Assembly: GCA_044222185.1 (NCBI GenBank)
Contig: JBGANV010000004.1
Span: forward strand, 352,001-416,000
DNA from: Planctomycetota bacterium
Lineage (GTDB): Bacteria > Planctomycetota > GCA-002687715 > CAIWVZ01
Direction: 5' to 3'
DNA: 64,000 nt
Shown here: piece by piece, positions 50,857 to 60,603 of the stretch
Layout: every line of letters starts with the position of its first letter
Numbering within the stretch: position 1 is the stretch's first letter
The notes under the pieces: model-generated
What the model was told of the DNA's origin: nothing
What the model saw: the letters and a program-made list of their open reading frames with translations, nothing else
Database searches by the model: none
Program-made: the position numbers and the translations under genes

Positions 50857-53130
50857 ATGCCATCGAGAACTCCGACGGCTCGACGTCCGTGGCTGTTCAT
50901 CTGGGCTGTGTGCGTGCTTTCCGCGACGTCCGTACTCGGACAGGGAGGCTGGGGAGGCGGCTCGGGACCGTCCGGCCCTCTTGGCCCGCTCGGGCCTGCA
51001 CCGAACACCCTGACTCTCGGCAACGGGGATCTGACGCTCGTGCTCGCGAAGGGCGCGACGAGCTACGACGTTCAGTCCATCACCAGTTCGGCGACCGGCA
51101 GCATGACGTTCGAACCGGGCGGTCTCTGGTCGCTCACCATGCACACCGCCGCGGGAGATCAGGTGCTCGTGCCGGCGAACTTCGCGACCACGCAGGTCGC
51201 GACGGCGACCGGCGGTTACATGATCCAGTGGTCGAATCAGTCCGTCATCCCGGGCAACGTCGTCGTGAAGGCCCTGATCCGGTTCCAGTCCGGTGCCTTC
51301 GACTTCCAGATCTGGGTCAACAACTCGAGCACCACGCGGGCGCTCCGGAACGTGAGGTTCCCGATCATCCGCATTCAGCCGCTGACCACCGAGTTCCTGG
51401 GGGAGGTGCTCATGTTGCCGCTCCTGGGCGGCGGTGGGACGTTCCTGTTTCCCGAAACGCTGCCGTCCCTCCAGTTCCCGAACCCCGGCACGTCGACCCA
51501 GTTGTTCAGCCTGTTCGAGCGTCTTGGGAATCGTGTCCTGTACTGGCAGACGAAGGACATCCTGGGCACGCACAAGGAGTATCGCGTGCAGGGACTCGGC
51601 GGGAGCACGCTCTTCGAGGTGATCAACTTCCCCGTGAACAACCACCTCGCGGGCAGTGATTACTCGCCGCTCTACTCGTTCAGCCTGACGGCGTTGTCAG
51701 GCACCTGGTTCGACGCGGGCGTTCGCTACAGACAGTGGGCGACGCAGCAGCCATGGGCACTGCGCGGGCGAATCGAAACGTCGAGCTGGTTCACTCCGCG
51801 GATGAAGGCGCTCGAACTCGAGGCGCTGATGTACCCGAACCACCTCGTCGGGTTCAACGACTTCGACGCGTTCACTGCGGATGCGATCCGGATCCGCGAC
51901 TTCCTGGGACTTCAGCCCGACGAGCTGGCGCTGCTCTGGTCGGATTGGGGCGCGAACGTGTTCAACACGGTCGAGCCCGACACGCTCCCGGCACGATCGA
52001 CCGCGTCCGGCGCGGTCGGCGCCGCCCACGCCGCGGGCATCCGCGTCCTGCCGTACGTCATGATCGACTTCTGGTCGCCCAACTCGACGAACTACGCGGC
52101 GTTCAACGTGGCGAACTACGCATGGACGGACATCGACGGAAACGTCCCGGTGTCGTTCCTCGGACCCGACGTCTCGACGCTCGTGTTCCCGCACATCCGC
52201 CTCGACCCGGCGCTCTCGGGAACCCGGACTGCGGAGGGGGGAATCCTCAACCAGGTTCTTGGGGCTCTGGGCACGCAGTCGTGGGACGGCCTGTACCTCG
52301 ACACGTGGAGCGGGCAGGTTCCCGAGCTCGACTACAACCCGCAGCTTCCGCTGAAGGGCGGGACCCCGCTCTGGTCGCTGGGCCGTACGTTCGAGGGGCT
52401 GATGTTCCAGCAACTCGTGAAGGGGCCGGACCCGGATCGATTCCTCACTTCGGAGGCGCCGAACGAGACCGTCGTGAGCGTGATCGACCTCGTCCACTAC
52501 AACCCGTTCGAGAACGGCATCGTCCAGTTGCCGATCTGGGAGACGGTGTACCACGGGTACATCTACAGCTCGAACCTCGGCGCCACGGTCCCCCAGCAAC
52601 CACTGGCGTTCCAAGAGGCAGTGAACATCCCGAACATCACCTACGACTTCCACCTCGGGAAGATCCTCGGACTCTCGAACTACTTCGCGGACGTCCTCCC
52701 ATACATCCACCCGGATCCGATGCAAAACCAGGGAATCGAGACGTTCGAGTACGTTCGGTCGCTCATCCAGGTCGATCGGTTCGCACGGAAGTACCGGGTG
52801 TTCGGGGAGATGCTGAGGCCGCTGTCGTCGTCCGTTCCGACGTCGTTGTTGACCGGCGCATACTTCGCGCAACCGAGGCCAACGGCGTTCACGTCGATCT
52901 GGAAGGCGAGCACGGGAGAGATCGGGATCCTGGCGACGAACGACGGATCCGCGAGCGCATTCGCGGACGTCACGCTGAGCTTCTCCACGTACGGCCTCAC
53001 AGGCTCCTGGGACCTGTTTGCGAATCTCGGCGGCACCCGTGTGCTCGTCGGGACGTTCAGCGGATCGCTCTCGATTCCGGTGCCGCTGGGGCCGCGCTCG
53101 GCGTTTCTCCTCGAGCTCGTGCCTCACTGA
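50857..53130 (+). CDS. Secreted glycoside-hydrolase-like protein (DUF6259-like)
   Basis: Signal peptide; G.WFDA...YR.W, AHAAGIRVLPY, DGLYLD, SEAP.E; architecture like beta-sandwich + TIM barrel + beta domain. Confidence 0.65.
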   Translation: MPSRTPTARRPWLFIWAVCVLSATSVLGQGGWGGGSGPSGPLGPLGPAPNTLTLGNGDLTLVLAKGATSYDVQSITSSATGSMTFEPGGLWSLTMHTAAGDQVLVPANFATTQVATATGGYMIQWSNQSVIPGNVVVKALIRFQSGAFDFQIWVNNSSTTRALRNVRFPIIRIQPLTTEFLGEVLMLPLLGGGGTFLFPETLPSLQFPNPGTSTQLFSLFERLGNRVLYWQTKDILGTHKEYRVQGLGGSTLFEVINFPVNNHLAGSDYSPLYSFSLTALSGTWFDAGVRYRQWATQQPWALRGRIETSSWFTPRMKALELEALMYPNHLVGFNDFDAFTADAIRIRDFLGLQPDELALLWSDWGANVFNTVEPDTLPARSTASGAVGAAHAAGIRVLPYVMIDFWSPNSTNYAAFNVANYAWTDIDGNVPVSFLGPDVSTLVFPHIRLDPALSGTRTAEGGILNQVLGALGTQSWDGLYLDTWSGQVPELDYNPQLPLKGGTPLWSLGRTFEGLMFQQLVKGPDPDRFLTSEAPNETVVSVIDLVHYNPFENGIVQLPIWETVYHGYIYSSNLGATVPQQPLAFQEAVNIPNITYDFHLGKILGLSNYFADVLPYIHPDPMQNQGIETFEYVRSLIQVDRFARKYRVFGEMLRPLSSSVPTSLLTGAYFAQPRPTAFTSIWKASTGEIGILATNDGSASAFADVTLSFSTYGLTGSWDLFANLGGTRVLVGTFSGSLSIPVPLGPRSAFLLELVPH

Positions 53131-53291
53131 ACGATCGACCGGGAGAGTTTCGGCAACGACCACGCGTTCTTAACGCACGATTTCATCTCCGGCTGCATAG
53201 TCCCCGGCGTCGACACGCCCGGGGGCAATTGGGCGACGACGTCGGAAAGCAGCCAATCCGCAGGTCCGCCATCGGACGCCCATCCGAGGAG

Positions 53292-55331
53292 ATGATGAAC
53301 GTGAAGAACGCAGTCTTGAAGATTCTCGCCCTGACCGGCGTCGTGCTCGTCGCCGGTCCGGTGCACGCCCAGACGGTGAACGTGACGTCGGACATCGCGG
53401 TGTCGACCACTTGGACGGCGACGAACACCTACAACCTCCAGCAGCAGATCTACGTGCTGCCTGGCGCCACGCTCACGATCGAGGCGGGCACGGTCATCGC
53501 CAGCACCACCAACCTCGGTGGCAGCCTCGCGGTGTGCCGCGGTGCGCAGATCTTCGTGCGCGGCACGCAAGCCAAGCCCGTGATCATGACGTCTCTCGCG
53601 GACGTCGCGACGTGGGCGGCCGATCCGGGTCAGCCCAACGGCAAGAACCCCCAGACGGGCACGTGGCGCGTGGGCGCGAACGAGTGGGGCAACCTCACCA
53701 TCATGGGTGGGGCCTACATCTCGGAGGACGCCATCGCGTCGAACACGGCCGCACCCAATCCCGCCAACTACGGCACGATGGAGGGCCTCACGCAGTCGGG
53801 TCCGTCCGACACGCGCACGTTCTACGGTGGCGGTGACGACTACGACGACAGCGGCACCGTCGCCTACCTCTCGCTGCGCTACGGCGGGAAGGTCATCGGC
53901 CTGAACAACGAGCTCAACGGAATGTCCCTCGGCGGCATCGGTCGCGGCACGACCATCCACCACGTCGAAGTGATGAACAACGTCGACGACGGCTTCGAGA
54001 TCTGGGGCGGAACGGTCAACCTGAAGTACGTCAGCATCTGGAACGTGGGTGATGACAGCTTCGACGTCGACCAGGGCTGGCGCGGGAAGGCCCAGTTCGG
54101 CCTGCTCGTTCAAGGGTACAGCGCGAACGCGGCGCAAGGTTCAGGTCTCGGCGACAACATGTTCGAGACGGACGGCGCCGAGAACTCCTACTACCAGCCG
54201 GTCACGACCGCCTCGATCTGGAACTTCACGTGCATCGGGCAGCCAGGTGGCGGCAACGCCGGCGGCGATCACGCAACGGCGTGGCGCGACAACGCCCGCG
54301 TGCAGTACCACGGCTGCATCTTCATGGATGTGGGTGAGCGCGTCGTCTCCTTCGACAACCTCGATGGTGACGGAGCGGCTGGCTACGCGGCGAATGGGAC
54401 GCTCGCCTGGGCGAACACGTGGACGACGCCCTACACGACGACGTCGACGGTGAACGCGCCCGTGAACCCGGGCGCCTTCTATACGGCGCAGGCCTCCGGC
54501 AACCTCGCGGAGATCACGGACAGCATCTTCTTCCACAACACTTTCGCTACCGCGTACACGGAAGCGATCGCGCGCGGAGTCTTCGGCGCGGGCACCAACA
54601 ACCTGCAAGAGCCGGCGAGCTCGCCCATCACCGCGCTCACGCGTAGCGGTCCGGTTCTCGTGACGGGTGCGCTCACGGTCCAGCCGGTGTCGTTCCTGAA
54701 CCCGCTTCCCGCGAACGATGCGCTCACGAGCGCGACGTCAGCTCCGAACGACGGGTTCTTCAAGCCGGCGAACTACCGCGGCGCGTTTGCGCCGGGGATC
54801 AACTGGCTCTGCGGCTGGACGGCCTCGCAGGCGTTCGGCCTCACCCCGGCACCCACACCTGGCCCGGGTCAGCCCGGAGTCGCGGGCGCGTCGATGATGG
54901 ACGTCAACGCGGCCGTGAATGCGAACGGTTGCGGAGTCGGAGTTCCTGGCGACCTGCGCGGGCCGTTCTTCACGACCGTGACGTCGGGCACGTCGCTGAA
55001 CTTCACGTTCAACGGGGAGCCGAACCGCGCGATCCTCCTCGCCTCGGGCGCGATCTTGAACCCGGCGAACTTCGACCTGGTGAACTTCGGACTGCCAGGC
55101 GCGGGGCTGATCGACGTGGGAACGGTGGTCCCGTTCGCGGTCACGTTCCTTGCGGACGGCACCCAGCCGGACTTCCTGAACTCGCTCTTCAACACGGGGC
55201 CGACGGGAACGATGAACGTCTCTCTTCCGGCGAACTTCCCCGTCGGGGCGACGTTCAACCTCCAGGCGATCATCTTCAACTCCTCGACGTTCCTGCGCAC
55301 GTCGAACGCGGTCCGCGTCACGATCAACTGA
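53292..55331 (+). CDS. Secreted parallel beta-helix protein with a C-terminal domain
   Basis: RBS GAGGAG, signal peptide (VHA-Q); TLTIEAGT, DDSG...Y...RYGG, NELNG.SLGGIGRGT, DDG.E.WGGTVN, GDDSFD.DQG. Start may be 53295 or 53301. Confidence 0.85.
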   Translation: MMNVKNAVLKILALTGVVLVAGPVHAQTVNVTSDIAVSTTWTATNTYNLQQQIYVLPGATLTIEAGTVIASTTNLGGSLAVCRGAQIFVRGTQAKPVIMTSLADVATWAADPGQPNGKNPQTGTWRVGANEWGNLTIMGGAYISEDAIASNTAAPNPANYGTMEGLTQSGPSDTRTFYGGGDDYDDSGTVAYLSLRYGGKVIGLNNELNGMSLGGIGRGTTIHHVEVMNNVDDGFEIWGGTVNLKYVSIWNVGDDSFDVDQGWRGKAQFGLLVQGYSANAAQGSGLGDNMFETDGAENSYYQPVTTASIWNFTCIGQPGGGNAGGDHATAWRDNARVQYHGCIFMDVGERVVSFDNLDGDGAAGYAANGTLAWANTWTTPYTTTSTVNAPVNPGAFYTAQASGNLAEITDSIFFHNTFATAYTEAIARGVFGAGTNNLQEPASSPITALTRSGPVLVTGALTVQPVSFLNPLPANDALTSATSAPNDGFFKPANYRGAFAPGINWLCGWTASQAFGLTPAPTPGPGQPGVAGASMMDVNAAVNANGCGVGVPGDLRGPFFTTVTSGTSLNFTFNGEPNRAILLASGAILNPANFDLVNFGLPGAGLIDVGTVVPFAVTFLADGTQPDFLNSLFNTGPTGTMNVSLPANFPVGATFNLQAIIFNSSTFLRTSNAVRVTIN

Positions 55332-55405
55332 GCAGGTGTCGATGGATCGGCGGCGGGCGGGCGCACGTGCGCCACCGCCGCGCCTCTCACAGCCGGGCGA
55401 CGACC

Positions 55406-56686
55406 ATGACTTCACGAATTCTCATCTTCTGCATCGCGATTCCCGTCCTCGCGGGATCGGTCGTCTGGCTGCGTTCGTCCCATGACGTGCGCACGTGCGC
55501 CACCCACGGCCCGTCGCGCTGCGGGACTTCGTCCTCACCGTCGACGGGCGTCGCCGATGGGCCGATCTCTGCCGCCCAGAACGAGTTGCTTCGATTGGCG
55601 TTCGAGGCCGCCACGAAGCTGCCGGCGGATCCGCACATCAAGACGCGGTCGCGCGCCCAGGAGGCCGTCGTCACCGCCTGCCTCGAGCTCGATCAACCCA
55701 GCCGGGCGATCGCTTGCGTCGAAAAGATCGGAGACTGGCGCCGCGGAGAGGCCTACGCCGACGTGGCCCTGCATCTCGCGCGCCGCGGCGATGCGGCCTC
55801 GGCAGACCGGTACATGGATCTGGCGCGCGACGTGGCGCGATCGTGCAAGGCGCTCCCGGACGCCCAGGACTGGCACGCGGACCGCATCTTTTCGAAGGTG
55901 GCCGCGGCGTGCACGGTGCTCGGGCGGACGGGTGAGGCGCGGGCGCTCGTTGCTGGAATCGCCACGTCCGAACTGGCTGAGCTCCAATCGGTCCGGGCGG
56001 CCTTCAGCGACCAGACCGGCCTCGACCAGCAGGTGATGGAGGCCGACGCGCTCCTCGCCACGGGAGACCTGGACGCGATCCGCGCCGCAATCGAGACGTA
56101 TGCGCAGGCCTTTCGGCGTGCGTACGGCGACGTCGAAGCGCGCAATCGCATGGAGGCGAACGTCAAAGAGGCGGCGAAGCGCATCCCTCTCCAGCTTCGG
56201 GTGGAGTTCATCACCGAGCTGGGCAGTTTCGCGGCCGAGAACGCGGACTCGGCCAAAGCCCTCGAACTGGCGCGCGACGCGACGGTCATACTCGACTCGG
56301 CGAAGTGGACGGCGTCGGACCGCATTCCCATGGTGGCGAAGCTCGCAGAACTGCGCTTTCGCGCCGGCGACCGCGTCACGGCGAGGCAGGACCTCGACGG
56401 AGCGCTCGCGCTGTACTCCGCCGAGCGCGACAGGATCGTGAACATCTACCGGGCTGGCGCACTGCGCGCCATCGGCGAGGCCCTCGTCACCCTGGGCGAC
56501 CAGGATGGCGCCCTGCGCGCGTACACGCGTGCCATCGAGGAGGGCGTCACCAATCCCAACTCGCGTCCGCGCGCCATCGACCTCTCGGCGACGTGTCGCT
56601 CCATGGCGCTGCGCGGCGTCGACGTGCCGGAGCGGCTGAAGGCGCGGATCCAGGAAATCTGCAACGGGCTGGGAGAGCCGTGGTGA
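55406..56686 (+). CDS. Membrane-anchored alpha-solenoid/TPR-like hypothetical protein
   Basis: N-terminal TM segment, Ala/Leu-rich helical repeats; stop overlaps the receptor start (GTGA). Confidence 0.75.
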   Translation: MTSRILIFCIAIPVLAGSVVWLRSSHDVRTCATHGPSRCGTSSSPSTGVADGPISAAQNELLRLAFEAATKLPADPHIKTRSRAQEAVVTACLELDQPSRAIACVEKIGDWRRGEAYADVALHLARRGDAASADRYMDLARDVARSCKALPDAQDWHADRIFSKVAAACTVLGRTGEARALVAGIATSELAELQSVRAAFSDQTGLDQQVMEADALLATGDLDAIRAAIETYAQAFRRAYGDVEARNRMEANVKEAAKRIPLQLRVEFITELGSFAAENADSAKALELARDATVILDSAKWTASDRIPMVAKLAELRFRAGDRVTARQDLDGALALYSAERDRIVNIYRAGALRAIGEALVTLGDQDGALRAYTRAIEEGVTNPNSRPRAIDLSATCRSMALRGVDVPERLKARIQEICNGLGEPW

Positions 56687-59664
56687 CGGTGACGCGATTT
56701 CTCCTTCGAGCGCTCGCGTTCGCCGTGTTCGCAGCCGGGCTCGTCCGCGCGCAGGACCCGGCCGGCGCGATTCGTGGTTCCGTCACGGACAAGGATTTCG
56801 ACGGCCCGTTGACCGGCGCGCAGGTCACCGTCGTCGAGACGAACCAGAAGGCGACGACCACCGACCAGGGGAGTTTCGTCGTCAACCAGGTCCCACCGGG
56901 GAAGTACACGCTGACGTTCACGAAGGAGGGATATGCGCGGCAGGTCAAGACGGACGTGATCGTTCGTCCGGCCGCGCTCACGGACCTCGACGTGGCCCTC
57001 GCGGGTGAATTCACCGACATGGAGGAGTTCGTCGTCCAGGACATCCAACTCGGGGCAGGTACCGAATCCGGGCTGCTCAAGCTCCGGCTCGAGAGCCCGG
57101 CGCTCCTGGATTCGATCAGCGCGGACCTCATGAGTCGGGCTGGCGCGGGCGATGCGGCGAGTGCTCTGCGGCTGGTCGCCGGCGCGACCGTGCAGGACGG
57201 CAAGTACGCCGTCGTGCGCGGACTGCCCGATCGCTACGTCGTCTCGCAGATGAACGGCGTTCGGCTTCCGACGGCAGACGCGAACAAGCGTGCCGTGCAA
57301 CTCGACCAGTTCCCCTCGGCGATCATCGAGAGCATCCAGGTCAGCAAGACGTTCACGCCCGACCAGCAGGGCGACGCGTCGGGCGGCGCCGTCGACGTGC
57401 GCCTGAAGGGCATCCCGGACGAGCCATTCTACGCCCGGTTCTCGAGCCAGGTGAGTCGCAACTCGCAGGTCGGCGGCCGGAGGAACTTCCTCACGTACGA
57501 GGACGGCGGCCTGAACTTCTTCGGCTTCGACGACGGGAGCCGCGAGATCCCCGCGGGCGACATCGGCGGAAACTTCGATCGGTCGGTCGGGACCTCGCGG
57601 AACGATGCGCCCACCGACTACAAGTGGTCGGTTTCCACGGGGCTGAAGGAGGAACTCGGCAGCGGCGTGAAGATCGGCGGCGCGCTGAACTTCTTCTACG
57701 AGCGTGACAGCTCGTTCTTCGATCACGGGCGTGACGACTCGTATTGGGTCACATCACCCGGGAACGGCATGACGCCGCGTACGTCGCAGGGAACGCCGGA
57801 GCAGGGCGACTTCAAGACGGCGCTGTTCGACGTCACGCAAGGCTCGCAGCTCGTGCAGTGGGGCGGGCTCGGGACGTTCGGCGCCGAGATCGAGAACCAC
57901 TCGATCAATCTCACGTACCTCTACACCCGCACGGCGACGGACACGGCGACGCTCGCGGAGGACACTCGCGGCAAGGCGTACTTCTTTCCAGGCTACGACC
58001 CGGCGAATCAGACCAGCCCAGGGCAGGAGTCTCCCAACGCGGCTCCTTACCTCCGTCTCGAGACGCTCAATTACACCGAGCGCGAGGCGGACACGCTGCA
58101 GCTCCACGGCAAGCACCGGTTTCCCCTGAAGGATGTCGGCGTCGACGATCTCTTCGCCCTGAAGTCGATCGATGTCGACTGGACGGCCGCCTGGAGCACA
58201 TCCACGCTCGACCAGCCGGACAAGCGTCAGTTCGGCGAGCTTTGGTACCCAGGCGCGACGGTCGGCACGCTCGTGATCCCGCCGGTCCATCTTCCGTTCA
58301 AACCGGCCGCGAACTTCACGCTCGGCAACCTGCAACACATCTGGCAGCGCGTCGAGGAGGAGAGCGCGCAGTACCAGGTCAACCTCGGCGTGCCATTCAG
58401 GGCGTGGACCGAGGATGACGGTCGGTTCTCGTTCGGCTTTTTCACGGATCAGGTCGATCGCGGTTTCAACCAGGACACGTTCAGCAACTTCAACGACTCG
58501 AGCGCGTTCTTCTACGGGGGATTCGACGAGCTGTGGAGCGGCGCATTTCCGGCGGAGAACCATCCGATCACGGAGTCGCTGTCGGATGTCGACTACACGG
58601 GCAAGCAGTCGATCACGGCGTGGTACTCGATGCTCGAATTGCCGCTCGTGCCCGACCTGAAACTCGTCGGCGGCGTGCGTCTGGAATCGACGGAGATCGG
58701 CATCACCAACGCGCCCGAGCAGGACGCCACGTGGTTTCCGCCCGGTGCCGCGGCGGCGACCGAGCTGAACCCGGGCGATGCGGACGTGAGCTTCTCGCAG
58801 GACGACGTCCTGCCGTCCATCGCGCTCGAGTACAAGCCGTGGACGGAGGTCACGCTCCGCGGCGCCTACAACAAGACGTTCGCGCGCCAGACGTTCAAGG
58901 AGCTGACGCCCATCATCCAGCAGGAGTTCCTCGGCGGGCCGATCTTCATCGGGAACCCCGAGCTGCAGATGAGCGCGGTCAAGAACTACGACTTGCGCGC
59001 GGACTACGCACCGTACGAAGGTGGCCTCGTCTCCGCGTCCTGGTTCCGCAAGGACATCAAGGCGCCCATCGAGTACGTGCAGCGCGTGGTGTCGTTCGAC
59101 TACACGACGGCGGTCAACTATCCGAAGGGCGAGCTGATGGGCTTCGAGTTCGAGCTCCGGCAGGATCTGGGGCGCTTCCTCGACCCGTTCGCGGGGCTGT
59201 CGATCGGCGCCAACGCGACCTTCATCTCGTCGGAAGTGCATCTGCCCGAGGACGAGATCGCCGGGTTCAACCTGCCGAACATCCAGGCGCCGATCACGAG
59301 CCGTGACATGACCGGCGCGCCGGATCACCTCTACAACGTCTACTTGACCTACGACCTGGCGGAGACGAACACGCAGTTCGCGCTCTTCTACACGATCACG
59401 GGCGACACGTTGATCGCGGGCGCGGGCCAGGCGGCAGGCAACTTCATCCCCAGCGTCTACGCGCGGGAGTTCGGCACGTTGAACGCGAGCGTGACCCAGA
59501 AGTTCACCGACTGGCTCAAGCTCCAGGTGCAGGTGAAGAACATCACGAATCCGGACATCGAGACCGTCTACCGCTCGAAGTTCATCGGCGATGACGTCCT
59601 GAAGACGTCATCCAGCAGAGGAGTGGAGTACTCGATCACGCTCTCCGCCGAGTTCCGCTTCTGA
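56683..59664 (+). CDS. TonB-dependent receptor with N-terminal carboxypeptidase-like domain
   Basis: Signal peptide, G.V.D...PL.GA.V, plug VRGLPDRY...NG..LP, KTFTPD, GNP.L, C-terminal aromatic residue (EFRF). Confidence 0.93.
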   Translation: MTVTRFLLRALAFAVFAAGLVRAQDPAGAIRGSVTDKDFDGPLTGAQVTVVETNQKATTTDQGSFVVNQVPPGKYTLTFTKEGYARQVKTDVIVRPAALTDLDVALAGEFTDMEEFVVQDIQLGAGTESGLLKLRLESPALLDSISADLMSRAGAGDAASALRLVAGATVQDGKYAVVRGLPDRYVVSQMNGVRLPTADANKRAVQLDQFPSAIIESIQVSKTFTPDQQGDASGGAVDVRLKGIPDEPFYARFSSQVSRNSQVGGRRNFLTYEDGGLNFFGFDDGSREIPAGDIGGNFDRSVGTSRNDAPTDYKWSVSTGLKEELGSGVKIGGALNFFYERDSSFFDHGRDDSYWVTSPGNGMTPRTSQGTPEQGDFKTALFDVTQGSQLVQWGGLGTFGAEIENHSINLTYLYTRTATDTATLAEDTRGKAYFFPGYDPANQTSPGQESPNAAPYLRLETLNYTEREADTLQLHGKHRFPLKDVGVDDLFALKSIDVDWTAAWSTSTLDQPDKRQFGELWYPGATVGTLVIPPVHLPFKPAANFTLGNLQHIWQRVEEESAQYQVNLGVPFRAWTEDDGRFSFGFFTDQVDRGFNQDTFSNFNDSSAFFYGGFDELWSGAFPAENHPITESLSDVDYTGKQSITAWYSMLELPLVPDLKLVGGVRLESTEIGITNAPEQDATWFPPGAAAATELNPGDADVSFSQDDVLPSIALEYKPWTEVTLRGAYNKTFARQTFKELTPIIQQEFLGGPIFIGNPELQMSAVKNYDLRADYAPYEGGLVSASWFRKDIKAPIEYVQRVVSFDYTTAVNYPKGELMGFEFELRQDLGRFLDPFAGLSIGANATFISSEVHLPEDEIAGFNLPNIQAPITSRDMTGAPDHLYNVYLTYDLAETNTQFALFYTITGDTLIAGAGQAAGNFIPSVYAREFGTLNASVTQKFTDWLKLQVQVKNITNPDIETVYRSKFIGDDVLKTSSSRGVEYSITLSAEFRF

Positions 59665-59703
59665 GGGCACGGCGACCACGGCATTCAGCAACAGGACGAC
59701 GAC

Positions 59704-60603
59704 ATGAAACCCATCAACAGCAAACCCAAACGCCCGGCAACGGGTCGAAGTCCGATCTCGGGGGCGATCGGGCTCGCGGCCGTCGGGTTGATCTGGCTCT
59801 CGGCCGGCGCGCAGGCGCAGGAATCGAGTGCTCGCACGCAGGTCGCAACGTCGCGGCCGTCGGCGGACGACTCGGATTCCCGCCCGGCGGCAACGCCCGC
59901 CCCCTCGGGTCGCGCCTCGATCGAGGACACGCGGCTCCTCATGAGCAAGTGGATCGAGAGCCAGCAGATCTACTCGAAGGAGCGGAAGGACTGGCAGCAG
60001 GGCAAGGAGGTGCTCGCCGGGCGCCGCGACCTCGTGAAGCAGGAGGTCGATGGCCTGCAGGAGAAGATCAGGGTCGCCGAGGCGAGCGCGGCCGAGGCCG
60101 AGAAGAAGAAGGCGGACCTCGTCGCGGAGAATGACCGGCTGAAAGCCCTCGGTGAACAGCTCGCGACGGGCGTCACGGCGATGGAGGGGGAAGTCCGGCG
60201 GCTGGTCAAGACGATCCCGGAGCCGATCCAGGCAAAGCTGCTTCCACTGTTCCAGCGAATCCCCGAAGACGCGGCGAAGACCAAGGTCTCGGTTGCCGAG
60301 CGGTTTCAGAACGTGCTCGGGATCCTGAACGAGCTGAACAAGGCGAACAACGAGATCACGGTGAACTACGAGGTGCGTACCCTCGCCGACGGGAAGCCGG
60401 CGGAGGTGAAGGCGGTCTACATCGGGCTGTCGCAGGCCTACTACGTGAGTGCCGGCGGAGAGGCGGGCATCGGATGCCCAACGGCCGACGGCTGGAAGTG
60501 GGAACCATCGAAGGCCGTCGCCTCCGACGTCGCGACCGTGCTGGAAGTTCTCGACGGAAAACACTCTCCCGCGTTCATCCCACTTCCGGTGAAGATCCAA
60601 TGA
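59704..60603 (+). CDS. DUF3450-family periplasmic coiled-coil protein
   Basis: Signal peptide, long coiled coil, ERFQNVLGILNE, YIGL...YY; located in a TonB operon. Confidence 0.8.
   Translation: MKPINSKPKRPATGRSPISGAIGLAAVGLIWLSAGAQAQESSARTQVATSRPSADDSDSRPAATPAPSGRASIEDTRLLMSKWIESQQIYSKERKDWQQGKEVLAGRRDLVKQEVDGLQEKIRVAEASAAEAEKKKADLVAENDRLKALGEQLATGVTAMEGEVRRLVKTIPEPIQAKLLPLFQRIPEDAAKTKVSVAERFQNVLGILNELNKANNEITVNYEVRTLADGKPAEVKAVYIGLSQAYYVSAGGEAGIGCPTADGWKWEPSKAVASDVATVLEVLDGKHSPAFIPLPVKIQ

Noticed and set aside
53150-53200. Pho box upstream of the beta-helix/TonB locus
   Set aside because: Candidate half-sites (TTAAC, TTCAT, TGCAT) are degenerate and spaced 12 rather than 11 bp.
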